DNA of 23,582 nt from a virus (Duplodnaviria > Heunggongvirae > Uroviricota > Caudoviricetes). Made by a program: the position numbers and the translations under genes. Under the pieces are notes generated by a model. The model ran no database searches and was not told where the DNA came from. It saw only the letters and a list, made by a program, of their open reading frames with translations. The stretch lies in the IMG/VR virus record IMGVR_UViG_2925908680_000008. One strand, 5' to 3'. Below are positions 7,757-15,967 of this stretch, in pieces (position 1 is the first letter of the stretch; each line of letters begins with the position of its first letter).

Positions 7757-8549
7757 GGCTGTTTTCCTCCATGCGACGGGCTAACCAACGCTGCGAAAGA
7801 CGAATTAATTCAGCTTTCCGCTGGTGGTAGTCCTGGCCTAACTCAATCAGCGTGATATTGCTCCGCTCAAGGTAAGAAAGGTGCTCAAGCTGCAACGTGC
7901 TCATGTGGTCGCGTGGTTCACCTGTGATGCCGTTCGCCTGCGCCCACTGTTTTGCAGTCATGCCACCCAGCACGATACGCGCCAGCATATTGGCTTCCGT
8001 GGTGTAGTGGTGCTGTAGAGTGTTTTTACCCAGTTCAGTCCGGTACGCCTCCAGCGCGGCGCACATCGGCTTAAAGTAGCTGGCAACGGTGATACGGGCT
8101 TTCAGTTCCCTGCGTAACGCTGCGGAACGCACTGGCGCTACCTTGTGTAGCTCCTCCTCGCATTTGATGAAGTACTGACGAACGGCACGGCCCTGTTCGG
8201 TGCGTTCGACCATCGCCAGTTCTTTTGCCATGTTCACGGTGATGATGTACTCAAGAGCGGTTTGCTGGCGAGATTTTGCGCTCACCGGATCGGGTCGGCT
8301 CAAATATTCAACAACTTCATAATCCACGCCTTCCGTGAAGCCGTATTCTTCAATGCGCCCCTTGATCCACGAACGGAAAACGCGCCCTACACCTAACGCC
8401 TTATGCAACGCTCTGGCGCTAACAATATTGGTTTCACGCCCGCCAATAACGCCGGAAATAACCGGGATAATTTCGCCAAAATTTTGCAGATTCTGGTTTT
8501 CAGGCCGAACGAAGCCCTGCCCCTGTACGGGCGTTTTTCGCAGTTTCAT
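7749..8549 (-). CDS. phage antirepressor-like protein (AntA/Rha-like domain)
   Basis: 266 aa; TNIVSARALHKALGVGRVFRSWIKGRIEEYGFTEGVDYEV resembles the AntA/Rha antirepressor domain; AGGAG RBS. Confidence 0.6.
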   Translation of the reverse strand: MKLRKTPVQGQGFVRPENQNLQNFGEIIPVISGVIGGRETNIVSARALHKALGVGRVFRSWIKGRIEEYGFTEGVDYEVVEYLSRPDPVSAKSRQQTALEYIITVNMAKELAMVERTEQGRAVRQYFIKCEEELHKVAPVRSAALRRELKARITVASYFKPMCAALEAYRTELGKNTLQHHYTTEANMLARIVLGGMTAKQWAQANGITGEPRDHMSTLQLEHLSYLERSNITLIELGQDYHQRKAELIRLSQRWLARRMEENSHV

Positions 8550-8627
8550 AAAAACTCCTGCTATCGAATTAAGTTACTTTTATTTGCTGGTGGATAGCTG
8601 GGGGCTTCTGGCCCCGTAGCCATTTAA

Positions 8628-8825
8628 TCAGGTAGCTGTTCCGCGTGATTCAGCAATACGCTGATTAATCCACTCGTCAATTTCACTCTCAACGAAAGCA
8701 ATAGCTCGCGAGCCAATTTTAACTGATGCAGGAAATTTACCTTGCCCCATAAGGCGATAAATCCATGCCTTGCTATATCCAGTTCTACGCTGAACTTCTG
8801 TTAAACGAATAAGCGTATTTGACAT
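8628..8825 (-). CDS. alpA: AlpA-family (Phage_AlpA/Vis-like) transcriptional regulator/excisionase-type HTH protein
   Basis: 65 aa; IRLTEVQRRTGYSKAWIYRLMGQGKFP...ESEIDEWINQR aligns with the AlpA pattern. Confidence 0.85.
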   Translation of the reverse strand: MSNTLIRLTEVQRRTGYSKAWIYRLMGQGKFPASVKIGSRAIAFVESEIDEWINQRIAESRGTAT

Positions 8826-8893
8826 ATATTTACCTCATAACGTCTACTCAATTTGACGAGGTAATCCTGGCACAGAAATAACGAATATTTTCA

Positions 8894-9070
8894 TACCCTC
8901 AGGCCTAATGGTTACCGGAAGGAAATTAACCCTAAGGGTGATGGTAATCGGAAGGAAATTAACCCTAAGGGTGATGGTAATCGGGAGGAAATCTACCCTA
9001 AGGGTGATGGTAAAATTGACGGGGAAGATAAAAAAATACCCTCAGGGTAACAGTAAATCACCCTCAGGGT
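8894..9070. promoter_or_regulatory. operator-like repeat array upstream of alpA: three tandem 33-bp repeats plus two extra palindromic sites
   Basis: 33-bp units at 8908-8940, 8941-8973, 8974-9006; motif ACCCT-N-AGGGT at 8929-8939, 8962-8972, 8995-9005, 9038-9048, 9060-9070. Confidence 0.55.
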
Positions 9071-9085
9071 ATGCGGTATGGTGCG

Positions 9086-9883
9086 TTAATCCGGCTTTGC
9101 GTTCTTTTGGCTGTTGTCTCGGTTAATAGGGCAGGCAGTCCTCTCTATGAGCGTTGCAAGTGCATTACTTGCCCCCCACTGCTTAAGCTCCCTGGTTATC
9201 GCTTCTTGATTTCCCCTGGTGGCAAAATCATTTTCTGGATCGTAATTGGCCCACTCTCTGTTTCTAATCTCAATAGCCTTAGCTAATGGGTCTTTATCCC
9301 AGTATTTATATAAGTGTATCGGGCGCTCTTGCTCTAACTGCTCTATCCTTGCCCTTAACTCTGCGTTTTCTTTTTCCAGCATTGCGATTTGGGATAATAA
9401 ATCATCCTCTGTACGCAACTCTTTCTTTTCAATATCGCGTCCTTGTGCCTCGTCATTTTCAGAAGAGTTAGCGCCTTCCAGCTTCGTTAACGCGTCAAGG
9501 ACATCGGGAAAAATTGCGAAAATTTCACCCCTTATAAATCCAATGTTCTCAAATTCGGGATCTTCCCAATAACCGGACACCAGAAAACCATTTTCATCCC
9601 TCTCACCAGGTAAACAACCACGTTTCCGAACCGCATTCAGATTTCTATAAAGAACATCATAATCAAATTCATCCCGATACGGGTTACAAAAAGATTCCAA
9701 CAGCTTAAATTCATTTACTGTGTACAGGCGGATATGTTCTCCGCTTATTCTCCTGAGTATCCAAGTTATGACATCTGAAACATCATAATCATCACCAGCG
9801 ACCTTAAGCACGACCTCAAGAAATTCACGTAAAGAAATAAAATCTTTTTTGTATTCGTTTAATTCGGCATGAATATCAATCAT
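9086..9883 (-). CDS. uncharacterised cargo protein (265 aa) with central coiled-coil segment
   Basis: ATG 9883 with GAGGTG RBS (ORF track start at 9889 is GTG); appears AT-richer than neighbours by eye; LEKENAELRARIEQLEQER heptad-like stretch; no recognised catalytic motif. Confidence 0.55.
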   Translation of the reverse strand: MIDIHAELNEYKKDFISLREFLEVVLKVAGDDYDVSDVITWILRRISGEHIRLYTVNEFKLLESFCNPYRDEFDYDVLYRNLNAVRKRGCLPGERDENGFLVSGYWEDPEFENIGFIRGEIFAIFPDVLDALTKLEGANSSENDEAQGRDIEKKELRTEDDLLSQIAMLEKENAELRARIEQLEQERPIHLYKYWDKDPLAKAIEIRNREWANYDPENDFATRGNQEAITRELKQWGASNALATLIERTACPINRDNSQKNAKPD

Positions 9884-10011
9884 ACGCACACCTCAGCGTC
9901 CTCTACTGTAGTGGCTGTACCAGTCCGTCGAGGTGTACGGATTTTCGGGAGCGACCCTAGACACAGCCTTTTCTTTCGTCGCTCAAAGTCTACTACTGTA
10001 TACGCAACCAG

Positions 10012-11226
10012 TCATCCACATTTTCCGAACTTGCCATGCACCACGTTACCGCCATGCTCGAGCGAATCCATATAGTCGGCATACCACTGGAGCATCTCCC
10101 GGCGACCATCCAGATATTGCGCATGGTTGTATGTGCCACGAATTGAGTTTTTATCGACGTGTGCGAGCTGCGTCTCTATCCACGCGGTGTTATAGCCCTG
10201 CTCATGCAAAATGGTGCTCATGGTGTGCCGGAATCCATGACCAGTAACGCGCCCGGCATAGCCGATACGACGAATGAGCACATTCATCGCCATTTCACTC
10301 ATTGGCTTACTGTGGTGAATACGACCGGGGAAAATAAACTGATACTGGCCTGTCATGTTTTTTAACTGCTCCAGTATTTTTATTGCCTGTTCTGGTAATG
10401 GCACGCAATGCGGACGGCGCATCTTCATTCGTTCTTTAGGCACTTCCCACAAACGATTATCAAAATCGATCTCCTGCCATTCTGCCTGCCGTAATTCCCC
10501 GGGTCTGACACCTGTCAGAATTAATAGCCGCATTGCCAGTTTGACGATCTGGCTTCCGGTGTACGTATTAAAAACGCGGAAAAATTCCGGCAGTTCGTCG
10601 GCCTTCAAATAGGCGTAATGCTCTTTTTTATGTGGAGCAAATGCGCTCACCAGATCAGGGGCTGGATTATATTCGGCGCGTCCGGTGATGATTGCGTACC
10701 GGAACACCTCGCCGCATCGCTGGCGAACCTTACGCAATTTTTCAGTCGCACCACGGTCATTAAGACGGGAAAGAACCGCCAGCAATTCCATCGGCTTAAT
10801 TTCTGCGATCGGCCTACCGCCAATGTACGGAAAAACATCTTTTTCAAACGTCTCGATCATTTCCTCGGCGTATGACGATGACCACCTGTCGATCCGCTTT
10901 TCGTACCATTCGCGAGCAATACCCTCAAAAGTATTGCCAAATTTGCTCGCCTGTTCTCGCTTTTGGGCTTTTCTGGCCTCACTTGGATTTATACCACCAG
11001 CAAGAAGCCTTTTAGCCTCATCCCTTGCCGCCCTGGCATCAGACAGGGACACATCAGGGTACACACCCAACGACAACATTTTGGGCTTTCCTGCAAACCT
11101 GTAGCGCAGTCGCCACCCTTTCGAACCGTTCGGCTCAATGAGCAACGAAAGCCCGTTACCGTCATTGAGTGTATAAGCCTTTTCTTTCGGCTTCGCGCGC
11201 CTGATGGCAAGGTCTGAAAGCAGCAT
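10012..11226 (-). CDS. int: P4-type tyrosine integrase (site-specific recombinase)
   Basis: 404 aa from ATG 11226 with GGAG RBS; N-terminal LSDLAIRRAKPKEKAYTLNDGNGLSLLI... typical of P4-family integrases; C-terminal HGFRHT and Y-containing catalytic region. Confidence 0.9.
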   Translation of the reverse strand: MLLSDLAIRRAKPKEKAYTLNDGNGLSLLIEPNGSKGWRLRYRFAGKPKMLSLGVYPDVSLSDARAARDEAKRLLAGGINPSEARKAQKREQASKFGNTFEGIAREWYEKRIDRWSSSYAEEMIETFEKDVFPYIGGRPIAEIKPMELLAVLSRLNDRGATEKLRKVRQRCGEVFRYAIITGRAEYNPAPDLVSAFAPHKKEHYAYLKADELPEFFRVFNTYTGSQIVKLAMRLLILTGVRPGELRQAEWQEIDFDNRLWEVPKERMKMRRPHCVPLPEQAIKILEQLKNMTGQYQFIFPGRIHHSKPMSEMAMNVLIRRIGYAGRVTGHGFRHTMSTILHEQGYNTAWIETQLAHVDKNSIRGTYNHAQYLDGRREMLQWYADYMDSLEHGGNVVHGKFGKCG

Positions 11227-11873
11227 GTGTATAGCTCCAAAAAATAAATTTTGTCCTATACGCATTACTATACACTTCTGTGTGTAGATTCTGGTAGTTG
11301 TGAGTAGACGTTAATGAACTATGAAAATGGCTGGAAGACTTGATATTCGTGGGTTTGATGGACTTTAGTAGACGTTGAGAAATGTTTGTTTGGAGCGGGC
11401 GAAGGGAACAATACAACAAGCCACAAGACCAGTAGTAAAGGCACATTCGCGAGTTCTAAAATAGATTCTATACACATTTCTATACACATTTATCACTCGC
11501 TTGGGAATTACACATCCCCTGTTATCCGTGATCAAGCTGGTGGATGATCACGGATAACCGATATGGGAATCCCCATATCGGCATCGCGTAGTTAATCGTA
11601 GTGGCTACCGTAGTAGTTGAGTAGCAGGATGTAACCTGCCAGGAAGGAAATGATCGGTCGTAACTCGCCACCACCAGCCACAGAACGCAAATTTGCGTCG
11701 TCGGATATATCAACAACTTAGCACAAAAATAAGTCAGGCAGATACAAACCTCAAATTTGAGGTTTGCTTGTTTATCAACGGGTAAGGATAATCATCTCCC
11801 CTTTAAAGTCCCTTCGAAGGGTTACCCGTAGGCTTAATGTAAGGCTTGGCTGTAGCCTTACCGAACGCTCCGC
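11227..11873. other. int-upstream / att-proximal region with direct repeats and perfect palindromes (att core not identified)
   Basis: CTATAC(A/G)C repeats at 11266-11290 and 11466-11492; AGTAGACGTT twice; 14-bp-arm inverted repeat 11521-11558; 10-bp-arm palindrome 11558-11581; 22-bp perfect palindrome 11745-11766. Confidence 0.4.
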
Positions 11874-12053
11874 TCACCGTCGCGGCCTGTCCGGTTTCTT
11901 CCACTGATACGGCCTCACATCATCCTGCTGGTGGCGTTCCTGTTGCAGCACAACGGAAACAGGCGCTGAACACCTGTTAATTTTGCTTGCAGGTTGTTTG
12001 ATTCCGGCAATGCTGCGGATCATCTCCAGCATATCGGCTTCGGTGATGGTCAT
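11874..12053 (-). CDS. small hypothetical protein (59 aa) in junction
   Basis: Hand-translated: ATG 12053 with AAGGTG RBS, stop TGA 11874-11876; MTITEADMLEMIRSIAGIKQ...; not in ORF track (under 60 aa). Confidence 0.35.
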   Translation of the reverse strand: MTITEADMLEMIRSIAGIKQPASKINRCSAPVSVVLQQERHQQDDVRPYQWKKPDRPRR

Positions 12054-12079
12054 GATTTACACCTTAGGAAATCTTAGGG

Positions 12080-12345
12080 GCTGGTTGACACTTTCCGGCT
12101 TAAGACCTTAACAAATCTTAACATCGCAGGTTGACACACTTGACACTTTTTCGCGAAAAACCTTATCAAACCTTAGCATTTCTAAGCATGGCAACTTGAC
12201 ACTTTTCGCGATTTTTTCGGCTTTTTGACGTGGTAAATCTGGCGCAAAGCCAGTAACGGCGGGGTTTACAGCGAGGTTGACACTTTTTCGCGTTCAGAGT
12301 GTAAAGTGTCAACCCGGCAGACGGCCTGACTTGACACTTTTCGCG
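12080..12345. repeat. array of TTGACAC(TTTTCGCG) repeats between small junction ORF and TerS-like gene 3' end
   Basis: TTGACAC at 12085, 12131, 12140, 12196, 12277, 12331 plus inverted GTGTCAA at 12306; four copies share TTGACACTTTT(T)CGCG. Confidence 0.6.
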
Positions 12346-12358
12346 AATTTTACGGTCA

Positions 12359-12883
12359 TTAATGGGATGATTTTTCCCACTCAGCCAGGGCGTTTAGTCC
12401 GGCTTCACTCCAGTTATCCAGCTCATCGGGACAATCACCTGCAACATAGCAGAGCTCACAACGCAGCATACGAATTGCCAGCCTGGCATTTTCCCGAAAA
12501 TCATACTGCTCAAAGTAATATTGCCCAGCATAATCCTCAAGGCAGATAGCACCATCATCAAGAAATTGCACTTCACAGCATAGTTCCCCGGCTGCATCCT
12601 GCACACGCTGCTGTATGTCATCGTCCGTTACTGGTGCAGGGATTTTACCGTCTCTGGCCTTAACTGCTTTCCAGAACTCGCCCCACGTCATTTCCAGCGT
12701 TCTCTCTGGCCACATTTCAGAAACGGTATCTTTTCCCTGTGCTGGTGGGCTGTTCCGCTGCTCTGTCGCTTCCACATCGATTTTTTTACCGGACATGACC
12801 ACTTCGCCTTTCTCGATCCAGTCGTAAACTGTCTGGCGGCTTACGCCTTTGTGTTTGGCATATTCTGCCTTGCTCATAAACAT
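12359..12883 (-). CDS. TerS-like HTH protein (copy 2)
   Basis: Identical 174-aa translation to 1-525. Confidence 0.45.
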   Translation of the reverse strand: MFMSKAEYAKHKGVSRQTVYDWIEKGEVVMSGKKIDVEATEQRNSPPAQGKDTVSEMWPERTLEMTWGEFWKAVKARDGKIPAPVTDDDIQQRVQDAAGELCCEVQFLDDGAICLEDYAGQYYFEQYDFRENARLAIRMLRCELCYVAGDCPDELDNWSEAGLNALAEWEKSSH

Positions 12884-13053
12884 GACACTTCCCCTCAGAC
12901 TGTATTAATGCGCCGGAAAGCGCGTGTATTTAAATCATCCCAGGAACCGTTGAGCACCAATTAGTTGCGCGAAGTAATCGGCACCAGCGTTCCGAACAAT
13001 TTCCAACTTAACGTTCTGATCATTGTTTCCTGCTGCAGGGACAATCCCACGAT

Positions 13054-13706
13054 TCATAGCCAGCGCCCGGATATTTCTTCCAGTTTTTCCAGAGCTGGCT
13101 TGCAGGCCGCATCAATAACTTCACGGACCATTCCGGCGAGCTGTTCTTCTTCTGTCGGCGTTGTTACTTCCACACCTGATGGTTTCCCGCCCTTATCCCA
13201 TACGCCCAACGGTACGAGCGCAACGTGATCGATAAGAAATGGCGTACCCTCAATGAAAAATTGTCCTCGCCCATTACATCAGGAACTTCTGCCCCACCGG
13301 ACGCACCACAAAACACAACCGACGGGCTGGTGGATACCTCCCCCCGTGCTTTCTGGATGTAATCGATGATTTCCTGCCCGTAAATCCGGCATACGCCCCA
13401 CACCTCGTCACCGCGAATATACGGCAACATGACGGTGCCAATAATGCGCGACCGTTCGCCCACGTCTTCAAGGGTTTTGCTTTCGGGATGGTCGATAATG
13501 ACGGGTACTCCGGCGCAACGTTCCAGGAACTGCGGATTGAGATAAGTTTGCGGTGAACGCCAGACAAATTCTTTTTCTTCGGCGCGATAGGCCATTCCGG
13601 TTCCTGTGATACGCAGGTTAATCAGCCACATGTTGGAAAACTGATAAGGCGACGGTAGCTGACCGTCCCGAATCTGCTTTGCCGCCTCAATTTCTGTTAA
13701 AAGCAT
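13054..13706 (-). pseudogene. frameshifted copy of the 217-aa hypothetical gene (A5 instead of A6 at 13256-13260)
   Basis: ORF track gives 180 aa (13164-13706) with divergent C-terminus after MGEDNF; copy 1 has A6 at 898-903. Confidence 0.5.
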
Positions 13707-13770
13707 AATGTCCCCCGGTTATAAGCAATAAGCCCCACCAAATCCGGCAGGGCTGAAATCAGCACGTTTT

Positions 13771-14355
13771 TCATGCCCCCGCGAGGCTTGCAACGTTAAT
13801 TTTAACCAGGCGACGGGGAGGGATTTTGAAAGCACTAAGCCAGTTATTCGGATCCCCCTGATATTCAGTAATCCGCCGTCCGGCTTCATCCATTCTTACG
13901 GTTTTACGCAAATAGCCCGGCGTATTTTCCACAGCCCACTGAACACTGTCTTTTGCAGCCTGGTAAATCTGATCTTCCAGCACCGCCAGCGTTGCAGAAT
14001 CTGAAACGGAACGAATATCCACATCACTGAATTTTTTAGCCAGCTTCTGTGCACCAATTAATGCACGCTTGCGGTAATCCATCGACTTTTCACCAGCAAA
14101 CGGGGCTGGAGCGCGACGGCCCATATTGCTGTATGCGGAATCCGCTTTAGCCTGGGCTTCTGCCAGTGAGGATTCATCTTCGACTGACGCGACGATGTTT
14201 TTATTCGCGTCATCCTCGTCCGCTTTTGTGAAATCCTGTGCGGGGATCGCATTCAGAATTTCGATAATCTCCTGCGGAGTGCTGCCCTGCGACTCTGACA
14301 GAGCGTTAACCACCTCCATCAGTTTTAATCGCAAATCTTCTTTGCTTGCTGGCAT
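13771..14355 (-). CDS. hypothetical acidic protein (194 aa), copy 2
   Basis: Identical to 1414-1998; upstream A-run difference is outside the CDS. Confidence 0.5.
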   Translation of the reverse strand: MPASKEDLRLKLMEVVNALSESQGSTPQEIIEILNAIPAQDFTKADEDDANKNIVASVEDESSLAEAQAKADSAYSNMGRRAPAPFAGEKSMDYRKRALIGAQKLAKKFSDVDIRSVSDSATLAVLEDQIYQAAKDSVQWAVENTPGYLRKTVRMDEAGRRITEYQGDPNNWLSAFKIPPRRLVKINVASLAGA

Positions 14356-14393
14356 TTTTACCACCTCTCTTTTTTCACCAAAAATCACGACCA

Positions 14394-14573
14394 TCAGGCC
14401 GGACGTTCTACGGGATAAAGCGCCCGCTGCATTAAACGCCGGGCGACCTCATGAATGCTCGGAGCAATCCCCAGCGGAGAATTGCGGCGTTCCTCGTCCT
14501 GGATGCGCTGTAATGCTTCAATCTGATCACGAGCGAGTAAAACGGGTTTCACGCTGGCTTTTCTCATAGTCAT
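14394..14573 (-). CDS. small hypothetical protein (59 aa), copy 2
   Basis: Duplicate of 2038-2217. Confidence 0.4.
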   Translation of the reverse strand: MTMRKASVKPVLLARDQIEALQRIQDEERRNSPLGIAPSIHEVARRLMQRALYPVERPA

Positions 14574-14735
14574 ATCTCCTGAACAAAACAATGATTATGA
14601 TTGCACAAACTGAAATAACGATCTACATCATTGCAATTTATGAAACAATAACGCATGATGATCGCGTTCTTCCCATTGACTTCAATCACCTGAAAAACAA
14701 AGCCCGCAACACTTCTGGCTGCGGGTTTTTTACTG

Positions 14736-14763
14736 GCACAAAAAAGCCGGGAAAAATCCCGGC
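14736..14763 (-). terminator. intrinsic terminator after PerC-family gene, copy 2
   Basis: Duplicate of 2380-2407. Confidence 0.6.
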
Positions 14764-14768
14764 CTCCG

Positions 14769-15056
14769 TCACTGACTGCAATTTTTCGATCCAGGGTATT
14801 TCCTGAATGCCTTACCATTGGGCTGATGTAATCCCATCCCGGCATGTGCCCGGCTGATGGTTTCGCGCATTTCCCCGAAATTATCCTGCCTTGCTGGTGG
14901 GCGTGCTGCCTTGCGGATACATTCCGCGCGACGTTTTGCCGCCTGTTCCCGTGCCTTGTCATCATTCGCCAGCATGATGACCTCAGCCCACCGCGCCGCC
15001 GCTCTCCGGTACAGACCACGCGCTTCCAGTGCTTCCGCTTTGCTGTCGTGAATCAT
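14769..15056 (-). CDS. PerC-family transcriptional regulator, copy 2
   Basis: Duplicate of 2413-2700. Confidence 0.65.
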   Translation of the reverse strand: MIHDSKAEALEARGLYRRAAARWAEVIMLANDDKAREQAAKRRAECIRKAARPPARQDNFGEMRETISRAHAGMGLHQPNGKAFRKYPGSKNCSQ

Positions 15057-15583
15057 GCGCCTGTTTTCTCCTTTGCTGCCCGGCGCTGACGTTTGCGCTT
15101 CTCATTCAGCGCCACCAGCCGCGTTTCTGCGTCCTGTTGTTCCTGTGGTGTCACCTCGCCGCACGGCTGGCCTTTCAGGTCGTAGCGTACCCCACCAGCC
15201 ATTAAGGCGCGGTAATAGCGCGGACACTGCGCATAAGATGCCAGCGTCGCACGCAATGCCCCTGGACCGAATGCCAGCCCCCTGACGGCGAGATCCTGCA
15301 TCAGGTCGTCGAATATCCCCACCTTAAGCGGCTTCGGTGCTTCCCGGCTGAATAATTCAGGCCACAACTCAGTGAGGCGGTTAACGCGCCTGCGGTTTTT
15401 GCGCTGGCGTTTGGTCATATGCCGCCACGGTGTCGCCCCTGTGGGCTTCTGCTGCGCTTTCTGGTTACCGGGCATCACTTTATGCGCCGATGTGGTTTTA
15501 TCCTGCTCCTGCGCCGCCTGCGTCGTTTTCTGCGGCGTGCCGTAAATGCCTTTCGGTTTTCTGTTAATGGTCAGCTTAGTCAT
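15053..15583 (-). CDS. ProQ/FinO-domain RNA-binding protein, copy 2
   Basis: Duplicate of 2697-3227. Confidence 0.8.
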   Translation of the reverse strand: MTKLTINRKPKGIYGTPQKTTQAAQEQDKTTSAHKVMPGNQKAQQKPTGATPWRHMTKRQRKNRRRVNRLTELWPELFSREAPKPLKVGIFDDLMQDLAVRGLAFGPGALRATLASYAQCPRYYRALMAGGVRYDLKGQPCGEVTPQEQQDAETRLVALNEKRKRQRRAAKEKTGA

Positions 15584-15595
15584 GCTTTGCTCCAT

Positions 15596-15967
15596 CGTTA
15601 CAACTGTCTACCAACTGTCCACCGATATAATTTATTGATTTATTTGATATTATTTACACATAACTAAAAAATAACCTATCAATTGTCTACCAACTGTCTA
15701 CCGCATTAATACATTGATAATTAATGATTTTTTCAAAATGGTAGACAGAGTAGACAGTTAAAAGAGAAATTTTAAAAATGAACCCTTAACTATCTGTTTT
15801 TTTATATACCCCCCGTGGTTTAGGAATATAGAAACAACTGTCCACTCTCTACCACATTTAAAAATATCTATACAATTCAATGCATTAATTGGTAGATGGT
15901 TGGTAGAGGATTAAGTATTACTGTCTACCAACCGTCTACCTTTACGTTTCAGCTCATAAATTTCGTA
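15596..15967. repeat. iteron-type replication origin, copy 2
   Basis: Duplicate of 3240-3611. Confidence 0.7.

Larger units (their letters stand above)
1..12358. mobile_element. P4-family / PICI-like phage satellite, unit copy 1 (body 1-11226 plus junction/att-proximal segment 11227-12358)
   Basis: Gene content int-alpA-ant-primase-iteron ori-packaging-like operon; whole unit recurs at offset +12356 to +12358. Confidence 0.7.

Noticed and set aside
8908-9006. Possible CRISPR array
   Set aside because: The 33-bp repeats are directly contiguous with no unique spacers and only three copies; not CRISPR architecture.
8908-9126. 72-aa plus-strand ORF (MVTGRKLTLRVMVIGRKLTLRV...)
   Set aside because: Its repetitive translation is produced by the three tandem 33-bp repeats; no RBS; a repeat artefact.
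11521-11534. DnaA-box-like TTATCCGTG
   Set aside because: Differs from the TTATCCACA consensus at the critical 3' positions and forms part of a 14-bp inverted repeat; more likely a protein-binding palindrome.
11162-11716. Minus-strand ORFs of 94 aa (11162-11446) and 64 aa (11522-11716)
   Set aside because: The first overlaps the int start and promoter repeats; the second is built across the two perfect palindromes; neither has an RBS.
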